DNA of 56,158 bases from NCBI GenBank assembly GCA_035763445.1, contig DASUBD010000190.1:1-56158 (forward strand), in the 5' to 3' direction. The position numbers and the translations under genes were made by a program. Origin of the DNA: Candidatus Angelobacter sp. Lineage in GTDB: Bacteria; Acidobacteriota; Terriglobia; Terriglobales; Acidobacteriaceae. The stretch's first letter is position 1. Each line of letters begins with the position of its first letter. Below are positions 54,188 to 56,158 of the stretch, piece after piece. The notes beneath the pieces are model-generated. The model made no database searches, was not told where the DNA came from, and saw only the letters and a list, made by a program, of their open reading frames with translations.

Positions 54188-54535
54188 TTAGGAATTGTCG
54201 TCCGGCGCAGTCGCACGGAATTCTTCGTTTTCGTGGATCTTTACATTCTCGTTGTCACCGATCAGCGTGAGCTTGCCGTCTCCGTGCTTTTCGAAAAGTT
54301 GGAAGTCCTTTTCAATCGCAACTCCCTTGCTGATCGCGGCTTCTTTGATTTGGAGCCCTGTGACGTCTTTCTCCTGAAAGCCGATCGGCTGGTTATTTAC
54401 CTTGATGGTGATGACTTTCACCTTTTCATTGGTCTGCGTTGTGTTTTCCAAGTGCCCTCCTAAGGCTTTCTGAGTTCTTGATGGGCAGGATGGTATTCCG
54501 ATTTGCCGTTTGTTGTCAACGGTTTTTTCGGACAT
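54188..54535 (-). CDS. ubiquitin-like beta-grasp protein (Multiubiquitin-family-like), single domain with ~38-aa N-terminal extension
   Basis: KVITIKVNNQPIGFQEKDVTGLQIKEAAISKGVAIEKDFQLFEKHGDGKLTLIGDNENVKIHENEEFRATAPDDNS matches the Multiubiquitin domain pattern as I recall it (I-x-V-N...T-G-x-Q-I...L...D-x-x-V-x-I...F...A-P). ATG at 54535 was chosen because the longer track ORF would run into the divergent XRE gene. Confidence 0.75.
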   Translation of the reverse strand: MSEKTVDNKRQIGIPSCPSRTQKALGGHLENTTQTNEKVKVITIKVNNQPIGFQEKDVTGLQIKEAAISKGVAIEKDFQLFEKHGDGKLTLIGDNENVKIHENEEFRATAPDDNS

Positions 54536-54632
54536 CGCATACGGACGATATAAGTTGCTTATTTTCTGGTATTTTGCAGAAATCGAAGCTAGAATCAAAT
54601 TCGAGACATCACCACGAGGGAGCGGGTAACGG
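54536..54632. promoter_or_regulatory. AT-rich divergent intergenic region with candidate operator
   Basis: This is the 97-nt gap between the Ubl operon and the XRE gene. It contains the inverted repeat tttctg-N8-cagaaa (54563-54582) and a TAGAAT -10-like hexamer at 54590-54595. Both are short and could occur by chance. Confidence 0.35.
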
Positions 54633-55001
54633 ATGGAAAACTTCGGGCAGAGGCTTCGGAATTTGCGTGGAGGCCGTTCCCAAAGAGAAGTTGCGAGTGC
54701 TCTGGGCATGCCTGCCACGACTCTATCAACGCTAGAAAATCAAGAAAGCGTGCCACGTGGAGAGGTTCTACAGAAACTGGCTGAGCATTTCAAAGTACCA
54801 CTTAGCTATTTCTTCCGAACCCCAGACTCAGAACCTAAAGTAAATGCAGCTGCTCTGGATTGGTTGCAAAGGCTGAGAGCTAATAAGTTTCAAGGCAAAG
54901 AAACCGTGGCTACCAATGCAAGTGATCTCGTGGATGAAGAAGTTAAACGCAAAATTGCGAGAGCCCTGAAGCGGCATGCAGAAATTTCAACCGACAAGTA
55001 A
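54633..55001 (+). CDS. XRE-family HTH transcriptional regulator (CapH/ImmR-like)
   Basis: FGQRLRNLRGGRSQREVASALGMPATTLSTLENQESVPRGEVLQKLAEHFKVPLSYFF is a canonical Cro/C1-type HTH. Confidence 0.9.
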   Translation: MENFGQRLRNLRGGRSQREVASALGMPATTLSTLENQESVPRGEVLQKLAEHFKVPLSYFFRTPDSEPKVNAAALDWLQRLRANKFQGKETVATNASDLVDEEVKRKIARALKRHAEISTDK

Positions 55002-55863
55002 TCCCCTTCTAGAACCACAACCGGAGGAAATAGCCGAAACCCTTCTTGTTGAGGCTGGCTCTGCGAATGAGCTTCCAACGGACGAACGCAAGCTGTTGAA
55101 CTACCTTGGCCTTCAACAGCTGAGCTTCGACTTTATGCAGGAACTTGAGGATTTCATTCCCAAGGACAAGAAAACTCTTCCTGATATTCGCGCAGCTCTT
55201 AGCGTAAACGATCGAATTGTGGCGACGCAGGCGGGACTCCCCAGTAAGCGTAAGAAATGGGCGACGCTGCACGAGATCGCTCATTTCATCATGCCTGAGC
55301 ACCAAGCGAAGTTGTTTCTACCAGACAATGACCAGACGCTAGGCTGGTGGGTAAAGATGCGATTTGAGCGGGAGGCGAATGCCATAGCCGCCGAACTTAT
55401 GTTCCAAGGTAATCGTTTCACCGAGGAATCGTTGAACCTTCCCACTTCGATCCGAGCACCTATTCAGTTGTCAGCTAATTATGATGCCTCGCTTGAATCT
55501 GCCATTCGGCGCTATGCGGAACGGCACGTACTCCCTTGCGCCGTAATCGTCTACGACAAGATTCCAAGAGAATTCGATGAAGGTGATGCTGACGAATCAG
55601 AATACAAAATTCATTACACGATCACTTCTTTGCCGTTTCGACGAAAGTACTTTGCTGGTCTGGAGATCAAAGGTGGATCTGTCAAGGGCAGTGAACTCCT
55701 TCGAAGAGGTCACGGCTGGAGATTCAACGATATTACAGAGGCTGAATTGATTGTTGGTCGAGGGGGAGAAGAGGAACCTTGGCATTTTGAGACTGAAGTT
55801 TTCTCCAACAGCTACAAAATCTTCCAATTCCTTCTGCCGCCAAAGGAGACTCTGCAGTTTTAG
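54976..55863 (+). CDS. ImmA/IrrE-family (DUF955) zinc metallopeptidase (CapP-like)
   Basis: The HEXXH motif in WATLHEIAHFIMPEH is followed by FEREANAIAAELMF (the third ligand Glu region). It overlaps the XRE gene by 26 nt. Confidence 0.88.
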   Translation: MQKFQPTSNPLLEPQPEEIAETLLVEAGSANELPTDERKLLNYLGLQQLSFDFMQELEDFIPKDKKTLPDIRAALSVNDRIVATQAGLPSKRKKWATLHEIAHFIMPEHQAKLFLPDNDQTLGWWVKMRFEREANAIAAELMFQGNRFTEESLNLPTSIRAPIQLSANYDASLESAIRRYAERHVLPCAVIVYDKIPREFDEGDADESEYKIHYTITSLPFRRKYFAGLEIKGGSVKGSELLRRGHGWRFNDITEAELIVGRGGEEEPWHFETEVFSNSYKIFQFLLPPKETLQF

Positions 55864-55987
55864 CGGTTGTCGAATGCAAGTAAAGTTTCTTTGCGACGTG
55901 AAATCGGCCTTCCCTAGACCGGCTGGGCCCAAGCTAGTGGATTGGGCAAATTCAATGTTGGCACCATGGCGCAAACTTTTGGGCAAA

Positions 55988-56158
55988 TCACATTGATTCT
56001 GCTTGCCAGATCATTAAATGGGTAATCTCACGCTCCACGCGCCCACCCCCCGATCGCAGAGAATCACGAGACTTGGCCTTCAGTGTGACCACGGTCATAG
56101 CATCAACAATGCGCGTCAGTTCGAATGGCCCATACGAGTCCGGCGAGGAGCCTATGAA
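55988..56158 (-). CDS. possible 3' end of a gene entering from the right edge
   Basis: The open reverse-strand frame reads FIGSSPDSYGPFELTRIVDAMTVVTLKAKSRDSLRSGGGRVEREITHLMIWQAESM-stop. I recognise no motif. Confidence 0.25.
   Translation of the reverse strand, partial: FIGSSPDSYGPFELTRIVDAMTVVTLKAKSRDSLRSGGGRVEREITHLMIWQAESM

Noticed and set aside
55597-55986. 129-aa minus-strand ORF
   Set aside because: It is antisense to the 3' end of the ImmA-like peptidase gene and has no motif.
1-56158. Search for CRISPR arrays, rRNA and tRNA genes (especially near the integrase and the island edges)
   Set aside because: I found no regularly spaced short repeats and no T-loop-like GGTTCGAATCC-type motifs or cloverleaf candidates by eye. 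Absence cannot be proven without tRNAscan or CRISPR finders.

Overview
This is a 56-kb GC-rich bacterial window. The gene content and several small Cys-rich or basic ORF families resemble Acidobacteriota, but I cannot verify that. All calls come from reading the translations and DNA by eye; no searches were run.

The left ~32 kb is chromosomal-looking metabolism and stress genes:
- a transaldolase fragment, a cupin, a sigma-like/anti-sigma-like pair, and a Rieske protein
- quinone oxidoreductase, Dps, HdeD, a CopB-type P-type ATPase, and MgtC
- a BASS transporter, arylsulfatase, PfkA, and an eRF1-like/pyruvyl-transferase/FAD-oxidoreductase operon
- three universal stress protein genes around a GH65 phosphorylase and a beta-phosphoglucomutase

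This block is scarred by rearrangement:
- A ~519-bp direct repeat (the 3' part of a class II aldolase gene plus the start of a small ORF) occurs at 6533-7051 and 32058-32575.
- Each copy abuts a truncated gene: gluconokinase on the left, and a frameshifted, truncated diguanylate cyclase on the right.
- A decayed second copy of the dps/hdeD pair sits at 14.75-15.2 kb.
- An IS91-family transposase remnant follows the right repeat.

The right ~24 kb is accessory DNA that looks more AT-rich by eye. It holds the two best candidates for a novel system:
1. Two translationally coupled giant genes: a 1585-aa protein with RNA polymerase alpha-CTD-like and sigma region-4-like modules, followed by a 1746-aa DEAH helicase with a DUF1998-type C-terminus. 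The architecture is Druantia-III-like.
2. A ubiquitin-like conjugation-type operon (multiubiquitin-like Ubl, E2-like protein, JAB-E1 fusion). It has divergent XRE/ImmA (CapH/CapP-like) regulators and a downstream tail of small, DUF457-like, 2TM and DUF3800 genes.

This region also holds a secreted-protein trio and a tyrosine integrase. I found no tRNA, rRNA or CRISPR array.
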